This document shows positions 1 through 11,253 of a stretch of 40,270 nt of DNA, piece after piece; position 1 is the first letter of the stretch; each line of letters starts with the position of its first letter. A program made the position numbers and the translations under genes. Location of the stretch: positions 20,986,691 to 21,026,960 of the forward strand of contig NC_068984.1 in assembly GCF_001194135.2 (NCBI RefSeq). The letters run 5' to 3'. Under the pieces are notes generated by a model. It had not been told where the DNA came from. It saw only the letters and a list, made by a program, of their open reading frames with translations, and did no database searches. The DNA is from Octopus bimaculoides (taxonomy: Eukaryota).

Positions 1-39
1 TTTTTTTTTTTTTTTTCCTTCCTTCCCCCTCCCAAAAAG

Positions 40-100
40 AAAAGCTCTACATTGTATTTGTCCCATCTTCGTTGAGCCCTGTGTGGCTAATAAAAGAAAT
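40..100 (+). mobile_element. Possible 3' terminus of a LINE (L1/Tx1-like), ending in a polyA signal next to a microsatellite
   Basis: CCCTGTGTGGCTAATAAAAGAAAT (AATAAA at 89-94) runs directly into a compound microsatellite. The family assignment rests on recalled resemblance only. Confidence 0.3.
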
Positions 101-115
101 GTATCTATCTATCTA

Positions 116-162
<47 letters not shown>

Positions 163-250
163 GTCTATATATATGCGTGTATGTATGTACACACACACAC
201 GTATGTATGTATGTATGTATGTATGTATGTATGTATGTATGTATGTATAT
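101..250. repeat. Compound microsatellite (TATC)n-(TGTC)n-(CA)n-(TATG)n
   Basis: Directly visible. Confidence 0.97.
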
Positions 251-309
251 GCTATCTTCGATAGTTGGGTGTTCCATATAAAGATGTTGAATTTATTGCT
301 CTTGACAGT

Positions 310-734
310 AATCAATGGCAGATAAAGACCTGTTCTGAGGTAAAGAATTTTGAAGAAAACAAATAAATTTATGCAGAAACTGAAATATAACACTTGACTA
401 AACACAGAAATAGTGTTATCCTTCAGTAGCTGAACGTGTCGTAAGACTTGCCTTTCTAAGAATGACAACTTCACATTTGAGAACTCGTCATAGAGTTGGC
501 TCAAATGACACAAAGTTCATTCCAGCAGAAACACTCATATGCCATATTTGTAGTATGACATGTAAGTCCTGCACTACTCTAAAGAGGCATTTCGATATCC
601 ACAAATAAAGAATGACAAAAAACACTGTACCACTTGAAGTGAGACATATTTGCACTGTTTGTAATGCAAATTTCAAAAAGCTCTCGAGACTCAAAGGCCA
701 CCTGCGTGTTCATGCACTGAAAAAGCATGTCTGA
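310..734 (+). pseudogene. Decayed C2H2 zinc-finger coding segment, probably the C-terminus of an RTE-clade LINE ORF
   Basis: The frame starting at 540 reads CHICSMTCKSCTTLKRHFDIHK*RMTKNTVPLEVRHICTVCNANFKKLSRLKGHLRVHALKKHV*: two C2H2 fingers, an in-frame TAA at 606-608, and no TGEKP linker. Upstream there is a broken third finger (CRKTCLSK..TSHLRTRH) and WQIKTCSEVKNFEENK, which resembles the RTE W...V..FE motif. Confidence 0.55.
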
Positions 735-1087
735 CCAGCTTTGAATAGGAGTAGACTACTTCTCTATATATTTTTGCGTTTAAAAAGCTGAAAACAATGA
801 AAAGTGCTTAACGAAGTGAATACTTCGTTCCATAGGTTTGTGTCATTCTGTTTTCTTAAAGATTTTTTAAAATAATTAATAATTATCAATTTAGGGAAAT
901 CTTTCTTTAAATATTGTGACTGTATTAAGAATATTTCTAGACACTTTTATACATATCTTAAATTGAATTAACTTTTACTAAGAAAACTTTGACATTTCCC
1001 TCGTAAAAGACAAACAAGTTCTCTACTAAAAAGCATTGAGTAATCCCCGTTTTATATTAAATTTGTTTTATATATAATTTGACAAAG

Positions 1088-1126
<39 letters not shown>

Positions 1127-1128
<2 letters not shown>

Positions 1129-1924
1129 CGCAGGAGTGGCTGTAAGGTAAGTAGCTTGCCTACCGACCACATGGTTCCGGGCAAGTGTCTTCTACTATAG
1201 CCTCGGGACGACCAAAGCCTTGTGAGTGGATTTGGTAGGCAGAATCTGAAAGAAACCTGTCGTATGTATGTATGTATGTATGTATGTATGTATGTATGTA
1301 TGTATGTATGTATGTATAAGATCGGAAGAGNNNNNNNNNNNNNNNNNNNNNNNNNNNNNNNNNNNNNNNNNNNNNNNNNNNNNNNNNNNNNNNNNNNNNN
1401 NNNNNNNNNNNNNNNNNNNNNNNNNNNNNNNNNNNNNNNNNNNNNNNNNNNNNNNNNNNNNNNNNNNNNNNNNNNNNNNNNNNNNNNNNNNNNNNNNNNN
1501 NNNNNNNNNNNNNNNNNNNNNNNNNNNNNNNNNNNNNNNNNNNNNNNNNNNNNNNNNNNNNNNNNNNNNNNNNNNNNNNNNNNNNNNNNNNNNNNNNNNN
1601 NNNNNNNNNNNNNNNNNNNNNNNNNNNNNNNNNNNNNNNNNNNNNNNNNNNNNNNNNNNNNNNNNNNNNNNNNNNNNNNNNNNNNNNNNNNNNNNNNNNN
1701 NNNNNNNNNNNNNNNNNNNNGTGTCTGTGCTTGTCCCCCCACCATCGCTTGACAACTGATGTTGGTGTGTTTACGTCCCTGTAACCTAGCGGTTCGGCAA
1801 AAGAGACTGATAGAATAAGTACTAGGCTTACAAGGAATAGTCCTGGGGTCGATTCGCTCGGTTAGAGACGGTGCTCCAGCATGGCCGCAGTCAAATGACT
1901 GAAACAAGTAAAAGAATAAAAGAG
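1127..1924 (+). mobile_element. Bipartite tRNA-headed SINE (family A) with internal microsatellite and assembly gap
   Basis: 5' half GGCGCAGGAGTGGCTG...CCTTGTGAGTGGATTTGGTAG...GTCGTA, then (TATG)n and a gap, then 3' half GCTTGACAAC...GGTGCTCCAGCATGGCCGCAGTC...AAAAGAATAAAAGA. Both halves recur at 26581-26918 and elsewhere in the window. Confidence 0.85.
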
Positions 1925-1940
1925 TATATATAGATATATC

Positions 1941-2110
1941 TGTGTGGTATGAAGTTTGCTTCCCACATGGTTTCACTCCCACTGCGTCTTCTATAGCCTC
2001 AGGCTGACCAGAACCTTGTGAGTGGATATAGTAGATAGAAACCGAAAGAAGCCCGTCGTGTGTGTCTTTGTGTCTTTGCTTGTCGCCCACCACCGCTTGA
2101 CAGGCGGTAA
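1941..2110 (+). mobile_element. Degenerate, internally deleted family A SINE
   Basis: CCTTGTGAGTGGATATAGTAGATAGAAACCGAAAGAAGCCCGTCG and CCGCTTGACA match the 1127 copy. Confidence 0.7.
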
Positions 2111-2185
2111 TTTACCAAGTTTAACAATAAGAAAAAGTTGTGGGGTTCGATACATACATACATACATACATACACGTATATATAT

Positions 2186-2218
<33 letters not shown>

Positions 2219-2665
2219 CATCATCATCATCATCATCATCATCGTTTAACGTCCGCTTTCCATGCTAGCATGGGTTGGACGATTTGACTGAGGACTGGTG
2301 CAACCGGATGGCTACACCAGGCTCCAATCTAATTGGCAGAGTTTCTACAGCTGGATGCCCTTCCTAACGCCAACCACTCAGAGAGTGTAGTGGGTGCTTT
2401 TACGTGTCACCCGCACGAAAACGGCCACGCTCGAAATGGTGTCTTTTATGTGCCACCCGCACAAGCCAGTCCAGCGGCACTGGCAACGATCTCACTCGAA
2501 AATCCTACGGGAGCCAGTCAGGCGGTACTGGCAACGGCCACGCTCAAAATGGTGCATCTCATGTGCCACCCGCACAAGAGCCAGTCCAGGGGCACTGGCA
2601 ACGATCTTACTTGGCTTGCCGGGTCTTCTCACGCACAGCACATTTCCAAAGGTCTCGGTCAGTAG
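2219..2665 (-). mobile_element. RTE-tailed non-autonomous element or RTE 3' UTR with (GAT)n tail
   Basis: The minus strand carries GGTTGGCGTTAGGAAGGGCATCCAGCTGTAGAAAC (an RTE-type 3' UTR motif) and ends GGACGTTAAAC(GAT)n. It also contains an internal direct duplication. Confidence 0.72.
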
Positions 2666-3074
2666 TATATATATAAAATAAAAACAGACGAATGGGTTTT
2701 CTCAATTGTTTTATTATCAGTCTCTGTTGTAACGTGAACATCCTTTAGATTATATATTACGTTACGCAACTCTCAATTTCTTTAAGCTTACCAAATAAAC
2801 AGGTGAACAGTGACATGTTCATTAATCAACATCTCATCAACAAGTGAAATTTCTGATCAGAATTACAAAGATTTGAGAAATGTAAAGTGGTGGCACTACG
2901 CGGATGGATGGCAGAATGAGGTTGTAAATTAAAGAATAATGAAACACCGTTTCTATTCTAAAGATGTTATGAAACTTAACCTCGCTCTTAAAGGCTTGTA
3001 TGTGTACATATATGCATGTATGAATGTATATATGATACACATTTATATATGTGCGTGGTTGTGGGTGTGAAAGC

Positions 3075-3185
3075 GAGTACCTGAGTGGTTAGGGAGTCAT
3101 AAGGTCGTGGGTTCGATTCTTGAACTGGGCGCCGTATTGTGTCCTTGACTAAGGCACATGATTTCACATTGCTCCAGTCTATGAG
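3075..3185 (+). mobile_element. tRNA-derived SINE (family B) 5' part with CORE-like segment
   Basis: A-box-like CTGAGTGGTTAG (3081-3092), B-box GGTTCGATTC (about 3110), then TTGTGTCCTTGACTAAGGCAC. Homologous to 16790-17003. Confidence 0.65.
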
Positions 3186-4571
3186 TACCACAATGCTTTC
3201 AGTTTAATAGTGAAAGCAACGTAATACTTTAGCTTTTAAGTTTCTGCTCAATATTATAGTCAGGCTCAATTGTAATGTTAATTACTTAAATATTATTATC
3301 ATTTTTCTTTCTTTTTCGTGTGTTATGGAGAAGTGTGCCAGATTATTGTGTGACAATTTGCGGTCTGTCTGCATTCTAACATCCCGTAAAATTTTGCATT
3401 ATCATTTTCTACCCATATGCGTACCCCAGAACCTTTCTTTCGGAAACCGAAACTGATTAACCAGACATATTATTCGAGCAGTTTTTGTTAGGTTCTTGCA
3501 TCTAAGCGTATTTTGTGGAAGGCAATGCTGGAAATCTTTATACAATATAATGCATTGTTTCAGAAAAGATACCGTCATATAATTAAGAATTGGTAATTAC
3601 AATGTGCTTTGTAGTACTCACCTATTACTATATAACAAACGTAATTTCTTCTGTTGTCCTAATTAGAATGGACATGTTCATCCAAGCTAGCATCAGTATT
3701 CTTTTTAAATTGATAAGTAAACATTCTGCTCAGAGATGTATTGGCTTACAAAGACATGCCGTTTATAGCTGCCCATTATTTACATACATTTATGTATTCA
3801 TCTTTGATGCTAGCTGGGCTTTAAATTTAAGCTGTTAAAATTTATATTGAATTTCTCGAGAGAATGTTGCTACAGAAGATCAATTTCTATGATAGTTAAC
3901 ATAAAAACATTGATAATTGCTTCACTTAACTGTTCTCTGATACTCAATATTCTACTGGCCCCTCTTAGAGGTATATAAATGTTTTAGGTCAGAGTTATTT
4001 TATTGCTAAATTAATATTAATTTAATGCAGTGAACATCAATAATTTAATTAGAAATATTTGAGAGAGGCTAGTTCAATGTCTACTATTTACTTATACAAT
4101 ATTGTGCATATATTTAGTGATTCTCTCATCCCTACTTCGGTATTTACAAGAAGTCTGTGTTTCACTGAGAAGATCTACATGATGATTGCTTTATTTGTTT
4201 ACCTATTTGTATCACTTGCTTTAATCTCCATCTGTTTACGTAACCTTATACTTCTCACTTTTCTTTATGTAACCTCATGCAATTACATGCTTCATTAGGC
4301 CGGTCTGACTTTGACAGTTTGCTCTAAACACTACAATTATATACATGTATTAACTAATTCTTCTATTCCAGTGTGGTATCTCTTTTATATTTGGGATGTT
4401 ACGTTTATATTAACTATGAATTCAATACATAAATTAACAATTCTGTTTACAGTAGTCTAGTACAACTTAAACATAAATGAAGTTTTCTCCCGTACTTGCC
4501 GAAATGGTTAAATTAATATCAGTCATTGAACTAATGTTGTCTTTTCTTCTGGGCATAGGTATTTTTAATTA

Positions 4572-4905
4572 GAAGTGCGGCGGCTGTAGTTGCAAAGAAG
4601 GTGAAATCAATAGCAAAGCAAAATGCGCTTGAACAATTATCTGATAGGTGGGAACAAAATCCTCTGCATGACAAATATGTAGCCCGTAGCAAACAAGCTG
4701 ATGTAGACCACAAGCACACCTATCAGCGGCTACGGAGCTCAGGGCTAAAGGCAGTGAGTAAAGGTTTTGATCTTGGTTGCCCAAGATCAGAGCTTATTAA
4801 CCCGGAACTATCAAGCCAATGTGATGAAAAACGTTGTAGCTCCAAAGTGGCGACACTGCAACGATGTGACTGAAACGGTCGAACACCTAATCTCTGGATG
4901 TAAAG
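4572..4905 (+). mobile_element. R4/Dong-clade non-LTR retrotransposon fragment (linker to zinc knuckle)
   Basis: DRWEQNPLHDKYVARSKQADVD...SSGLKAVSKGF...NYQANVMKNV...CNDVTETVEHLISGC, frameshifted. Same family as 12015-13425, in opposite orientation. Confidence 0.85.
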
Positions 4906-5167
4906 AGAGTGGGGGACTGGTGCAGCAAGAACGGGCATTAGGATAGTATTAGTGGGTGACCCCGGGCAACTCTGGTGTCGCAGTAGAAGGAGAAACCTTT
5001 ACAAAGCTGCTTCACGGCCTCATGAGACACACTCCAGCATTCGAAGGCAGAATAACGGAATACAACAGCACCCTCAGCACGTGTTTACTCTGAGCATGTT
5101 TTAACATCTCTCAGTATATGAATGTTTCTATATATTAATGTGTGCGAAGGGAGAGAGGAATGAAAAC

Positions 5168-5171
5168 AGAT

Positions 5172-5255
<84 letters not shown>

Positions 5256-5257
5256 GA
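5168..5257. repeat. (GAAA)n-(GATA)n microsatellite
   Basis: Directly visible. Confidence 0.95.
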
Positions 5258-5849
5258 TAAATCAACAGACAGGATACATAGGGTAAAAATGAGAGGTGGT
5301 AGATGGAAGGAATAAGAGTGGTGTATGTATTCACAGGCACGCGCGCAAATGTGTTTGTTACTATTGTTTAACCCCACACCCAAGTCCGATTTGATTAAAC
5401 TGACCTATGGTCAAAGACAATCCATCTCTGACAGTTCTGTTATTTCTCAGACATTCTGTATCCTGGATTACGTCATCTTATAAGTCCTTTGATTGCAACA
5501 GTAGCCAAAGCTCTGAGGGAAATTTAGCTTCTATTTTTAGCAGATAGATCAAACATTTAGCGGTTTCTTCGTTGGTTTGTTGCACGACAAAGAAGAAGCA
5601 TTCGTTGAATTCATTTAAGGCAATATCCGTAGGTGGCCCCGGGCACCTATCGATATTGCCTTTAAGGAACTGCTTTCCATTTCCTGTTATAACTAGACTT
5701 TTTCATTCAACAACCTCGTTGTAGCTCATTGATCTTGTCTGATCAGGTTCTTATTGTTTACCTTTGATCATGTTAGGTCTTATCGTACTATATTTATGTG
5801 TATGCATGCGCACACAACGTGGTTGCGAACTTCTTCACCACATAGCAAT

Positions 5850-6345
5850 GGCTGAGCGTTCGTGCTAAACTTGATAGTATGCATAAAAAGAAAAGAAAAC
5901 ACAATATCCCACCAGAAATAAAAGTATGAAAAAATTCAACTAGATTATAGCTTGGAGATAACAGTTTACTCAAAGCAGCCATCTTCAGCTTCCACCACGG
6001 CCTCAAGGCGTCTGCAAAACCTAGCGTATGCGTTCCTCTCTCAGCCCCTTGGTAGATTTTCGAACACCTCACCAGCTCGGCAATGGTACTGCAGGTAGAG
6101 AGGTTGGTGTCTTTATCAACCGCGTCCCACACATAGGTAATCCATGGGATTGTAATCGGGGGGAAGTAGGAGGCTAGAAATAAGGGCTGGTGAAGTCGTA
6201 GAAATTCTGACTCTTTCTGGCGTCATGGCGAGGAGCAGAATTCTGCTGCTACAAATGTGGCCTTCCAGCAGCAACCCTCTCTAACCAGGGTCTTAATCAC
6301 AGTCTATCATCAGATGAGAAGCCTGATCTGAATGCCTACAACCCC
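5850..6345 (-). mobile_element. Tc1/mariner transposase 3' relic (maT/DD37D-like)
   Basis: The minus strand gives, with frameshifts, RPWLERVAAGRPHL*QQNSAPRH..NFYDFTSP..PDYNPMDYYVWDAVDKDTN..EVFENLPR..RRLEAVVEAEDGCFE* (stop at 5966-5968). A TIR-like end lies near 5852 and the 5' part is lost at the gap. Confidence 0.82.
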
Positions 6346-7120
6346 CCCNNNNNNNNNNNNNNNNNNNNNNNNNNNNNNNNNNNNNNNNNNNNNNNNNNNN
6401 NNNNNNNNNNNNNNNNNNNNNNNNNNNNNNNNNNNNNNNNNACTGAAAGACAAAATGGTAAATTTGAATTATTTTAGTGTGCTGTATGAAAGAGCAGAAA
6501 TTGGTGTGTTAGACAGCACCATTATCAGAGAACAATAACATATTAAAAAGGTTCTGTCCGAAACGATAGCTTTTCCTTCTTGAGGCAAGCCTCATGTTTC
6601 ACCTTCTGCTTTCTAACTTTCGCAGACAGCTTGTTTTTGTTCTTTTTTTTTTTCATTTATTTATAAGATATTCCCTAGATATCATAATCGAGAAGAAATA
6701 TGTTTTATTCTTTTATTCTTTCATTCTTTTTTTTTTTTCAAAGCATTCTCTAATGTTTGCCAAAATTGCAACTGGTAAGATAATTGGAAGAAGAAGAAAC
6801 GAAGCAGAGACCGATTCTTTGATATTTCAACACTCCAGTTTTAGGAGAATGGGAACAAAAAGAAAAAAAAAATTAAAAATAGAGGCAAACGAAACTGATG
6901 AAAGCAACAGAAAGTGATGCAATGATTACTTCTACCTGTAGTCTGAAGGAAACCACACCTTTCTCATCAGTGGAAGAGAATGTGTATTTATATGTCATCA
7001 AATTTAACCGTAAGTTACATTTTAAACGTCAAACCTCGCCTTACTTTAGCAAAACAAATATATTTTGGGAATATATTTGGCATACTTTAAGTGTATCATT
7101 TCAAGAAAAACTGTTGGCCT

Positions 7121-7176
7121 ATATATATATATATATATATGCACACACACAGTGCATGTACACACACACACACACG

Positions 7177-7249
<73 letters not shown>

Positions 7250-7250
7250 G
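7121..7250. repeat. (TA)n-(CA)n microsatellite
   Basis: Directly visible. Confidence 0.95.
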
Positions 7251-7515
7251 TACGCACACACATCAAAGGAAAAATATTTTTAGAAAAATTTCGTGATACG
7301 GTCACAATATTTGAAAAAAGGTTTACTTAAATTAAATATTTTTAAGGATATTTAAAAATTCCTCAACAAACGCCCGTTTGAAATTTTGAAAACAGCGAAA
7401 AGCGCTAACACAGAAATTTCCCTCCATCAGGTCTATGTTGATTTACTTTAACAAAAAACAATTTTTACATATAATTTATAATTTCTAATTTAAGAATATC
7501 ATACATATATGCATA

Positions 7516-7950
7516 TTAATTAACACATCCAATCTAACCTGGATGTTCTTATAACGCCGTAGGCTGCGATGAACGTCCTCAAAAATCATTTCGTGTAGAC
7601 GACAAATGCTAAAAAGCTTCGAAATTCTATATCGGTTGACTAAATTTCGCCAGTACCGGCGGGTGGCACAACTGTATCACGTGATTTCACCGTATTGCGG
7701 GTCATCATCACTAGGATGCCAAACACCGAATGCCAGACAGAAACTCAATCAGACCCATGTAGAATAATACTGACCAGATCACGTGATACAGTAGTGCCAT
7801 CCACCGGTGCTGAGGAAATTTAGTCAACCTATATAGAACTTCGATGCTATTTAGCATTTGTCCTCTACAAGAAATGAATTTTCGTGACGTTCACTGCAGT
7901 TTACGACGTCATAAACAACACATCCCGGTTAGGTTGGATTTGCTAATTAA
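7516..7950. mobile_element. MITE/foldback-like element with inverted arms of about 170 bp
   Basis: 7516-7685 aligns throughout with the reverse complement of 7778-7950. The spacer is 92 bp and the termini are TTAATTAA / CTAATTAA. Confidence 0.8.
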
Positions 7951-8118
7951 TATTCGTTATAAAGGTTGCTTATGTCGCTGATAGTTATTTTACATTATAG
8001 CTTTTCACGATATCACTGGCTGTTTATTCAGTATTATTCTAGGCTTGAGAGATTTTTTGTCTGGAATTTAGTGCTTAGCTTCCTACTACTGATGAACGGC
8101 AGCACGGTGATGTCACAC

Positions 8119-8232
8119 TACAGTAGTATCATCCGCCGGTGCTGACGAAATTTAGTTAACCGATATAGAATTTCGATGCTTTCTAGCGTGTGTCGTCTAC
8201 ACGAAATGAATTTTTGGGCGGTTCATCCCAGC
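8119..8232 (+). repeat. Third partial copy of the foldback arm
   Basis: TACAGTAGTATCATCCGCCGGTGCTGACGAAATTTAGTTAACCGATATAGAATTTCGATGC matches the right arm at 7787-7850. Confidence 0.8.
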
Positions 8233-8492
8233 CCCTTTATTACTAATAGCTTACATACAAACATACATACATATTAGTTCATGAGAAAAAGAGACGACGA
8301 AAGAAAACGTTGGTTATGTTATGAACTTCATTAGCTCACAGCTGTTTCTGCTATTCTGGACTCATAGTTGAGTACCTGAATAACATTCTAAAGATTCGTC
8401 GGAGCCTCGAATATGAAGTGCATATCCATGTGATACTGTGAAAACTGCATCATAATGGATAGGCTAAGTTTTCTTTACCATAATATACTTCA

Positions 8493-8538
8493 CATTTCTT
8501 CTCCACAGACGTCGAAAGACGTCTGTGGATAAGAAATG
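8493..8538 (+). other. 21-bp stem hairpin with GAAA tetraloop
   Basis: CATTTCTT-c-TCCACAGACGTC GAAA GACGTCTGTGGA-t-AAGAAATG, one mismatch. Confidence 0.9.
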
Positions 8539-9199
8539 AATTTCTAAAAGCTGCAAATTTGGATTAGTAAGGAATATACGGCTTATTATAGGATATGTGA
8601 GATGAGACAGAAACAATCGGTATGACTTGAGGAAGAGAGTGACGAGAGTATCTGTTAAGCTCATAAGGGGTTGTAGCTCCCTTTTTCAGTGATGGTTGTG
8701 TTGATTGTAGGAGATGCAGAAAGCTGAATCAGCAAGTTTGCGGGCCAGTGGTTGTAGCATTTGTGTTAGTGCTTCTCTGCCAATTAACCGAACGACTTTT
8801 TGTGGGTGTGATCTAGGCTATAAGGGTATCTAGTATTAGTACTTCCAAAACAGTTGAAGAGTTTTTGTAGAGAACCAGTAAGTGATCAAGGTTAAAGAAT
8901 ATTCTGTCAGAGAAGAAAAAGTACAGTCACTACATTTCAGTTTTTATAGTATTACATGTGTGTGAGTGTCATCACAAATTATCAACAATTGTGAGACCAA
9001 TCATTTGTGGCTATTTCGGAGGTTCTATGTTGTGGGTTTTTTTTTTTTTGTGCATATAGAGGATGTAGCAATATATATCTTTTTGTGTGTAACTATATTG
9101 AAATATAGTAGTTTGTTATGTCTTTACTGATATACTTTTTCAAAGATTCTGTTCATAGATGCGGGCTATGTTTGGTCCGAAGCTATGTATAACTTAGGT

Positions 9200-9699
9200 A
9201 AATGTTGGTATGAGTACTGGTACTGCAAGCACATTGCGGGCCACTGTTTTATTGAATGGAAAGAGTTCTGAGGTCCAAATTTTCTTTATTCGGCTGTAAT
9301 ATTCCTTAGTGATACGTGTTTTGTTACAAGTGCCATTGTAAGATATATTTTCATCCACCAGTTACCTGTAAAATTCCTCGTCAGATACAGGGGAAACAGT
9401 CAAATCATTGATGAAGATATTATTAGTCCGGTTTGTAGTTTTTCCCCTTTTCACAACCATATTTTGACCAAACTCCAACTCTACATCGTTTGAGAATGTT
9501 GTAACTAGGTCAAGGCTCTTTTCCATCTCATGCATATTCTTTGCATAAAGTTTTAATTCATCTACAGAGAAACAATGTGTAATTTTGGTATTTCTGTTTC
9601 CTTGTGAACCAGTGAGATATCCATCAGACTTCCATCACATGAATGACAAGGGGTTTACAGAAAGTATAGACAACATCACAGAGAGGCTGTCTCCTTGGA

Positions 9700-9703
<4 letters not shown>
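9200..9703 (-). mobile_element. R4/Dong-clade reverse transcriptase fragment
   Basis: The minus frame reads IFQGDSLSVMLSILSVNPLSF..ITHCFSVDELKLYAKN..FSNDVELEFG..VKRGK..KEYYSRIKKIWTSELFPFNKTVARNVLAVPVL, with internal stops. Confidence 0.85.
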
Positions 9704-9730
<27 letters not shown>

Positions 9731-9770
9731 TGTATGTATGTATGTATGTATGTATGTATGTGTGTGTGTG

Positions 9771-9835
<65 letters not shown>
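9701..9835. repeat. (TATG)n-(TG)n microsatellite
   Basis: Directly visible. It abuts the RT fragment at the GIFQGD motif. Confidence 0.95.
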
Positions 9836-10585
9836 ATCAGGTCATTCTTAGGGCTACTGGTAGCATGTAATCCAGTACAACCTGTCGAAAGGTCGGGCGG
9901 TCGGCGTCTAAATCAGCAACCTTACCAAACCTGCTTGGTAAGGAATTTGGTTTTCATTAGACATTCTGCAGGCTGAAAATAAAACCTGTCAAAGGACTTA
10001 GTAGACTTAATTTCATCTAGTCTTTGTTTAGATGTCCCTGTAGGAGAGAGAAATTCCGAAATAGCACACGCCTCATTACGAAGTCGGAGGGCTTCGCTGT
10101 CCAGATATTTTGCTCTTGGATTGTAAAAGCTTAGCCCCTAATATATGACGTTATTTGGCGGCCACGAACCCAGAAAGATTATACTCCATGCTAATACTAT
10201 CATCTTTTTGCAGTTTAAAAGAAACATACCCAAGCATAGCCTCTTTGTAGTATGCAGAGTGTTTCTTACTCCAGTTTTCGTGTGTGTATGCACGAATGCA
10301 TGCATTTATAAATGCATGCATGTGCATAAGTATTTATGTAAGCAAGTATGTTTGTACGAGTGTGTACACGCATAAATGTCAGCAAGCGTAGATGCTACTG
10401 CATGTTTGCCTCTATATATTTTGACTTATGCATACATACACACATATATATTTCCATGTCTGTACGTGTGTATATGTTGTTATGGCATGCTAAGACTTCT
10501 GGAATATTTTGCACATCTTCTCAGTGCCTTTAATGACTTGTAACTCTAATTTCCCAATTGGTTGGGTTCTTTCTATTATTGTAAA

Positions 10586-10612
10586 GGTACGTACGTACGT
10601 ATTTGTGTATGC

Positions 10613-10645
<33 letters not shown>

Positions 10646-10779
10646 TGTATGTATGTATGTATGTATGTATCTATGTATGTATGTATGTATGTACGTATAT
10701 ATGTGTGTATGTATGTAAGTACCTATGCATGTTTATATTTAAGTATTTATGTACATGTGTGTGTATATACATAGCTATG

Positions 10780-10831
<52 letters not shown>

Positions 10832-10870
10832 CATGCACACATACATATACACACGCATATATATGTGTAC
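10586..10870. repeat. Compound (TACG)/(TATG)n/(TA)n microsatellite
   Basis: Directly visible. Confidence 0.93.
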
Positions 10871-11253
10871 GCATGTGTGGTGTATGCGTATAAATCAATC
10901 AAATACTTGTGTACAGAGTGTAAAATGTTTCATTGAGGAGGTATCATAATATGGAAATATATTCCTTATTGACACCAGTTGATTTTAAAGTCCAGATCCA
11001 CTCCACTCCACTCAGCACTTTCTACATTATCCAAAAAATTCGGTCAACTGATCTTATTGGAATTATCTTTCTTGCCTGTTAATTTTTCATTTTAGACATC
11101 GTAGAGGGAATTTTATTGACCAATTGCTAGGATAATCTCAGCAGATCAAAGTTTTTCAACGCACTATATTGCATATATGAAGCCCTATCGTAATTGTACT
11201 ATGCTGTACTAAGTAAAAAAAAAAAAAATACTAATACTAGTATTAGTGTTACT

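Noticed and set aside
540-734. Functional host C2H2-ZNF gene
   Set aside because: There is an in-frame stop between the fingers, a broken first finger, no canonical linker and an RTE-like upstream peptide.
3075-3150. tRNA gene (also 16930-17003 and 1127-1190)
   Set aside because: A/B-box-like motifs are present, but I could not fold a cloverleaf and the sequences continue into SINE bodies.
6985-7510. Helentron/DINE-like element around the (CA)n tract
   Set aside because: I could not identify subterminal inverted repeats or a 3' hairpin.
8333-8367. Hammerhead on the minus strand (CTATGA gtcc..GAAAC AGCT GTG)
   Set aside because: The core lacks a base, stem II does not pair, and the triplet is GUG (not cleavable). 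At most it is a decayed relic.
8464-9190. Protein-like fragments (e.g. RSHPQKVVRLIGREAL)
   Set aside because: No recognisable motif in any frame and many stops. Left unassigned.
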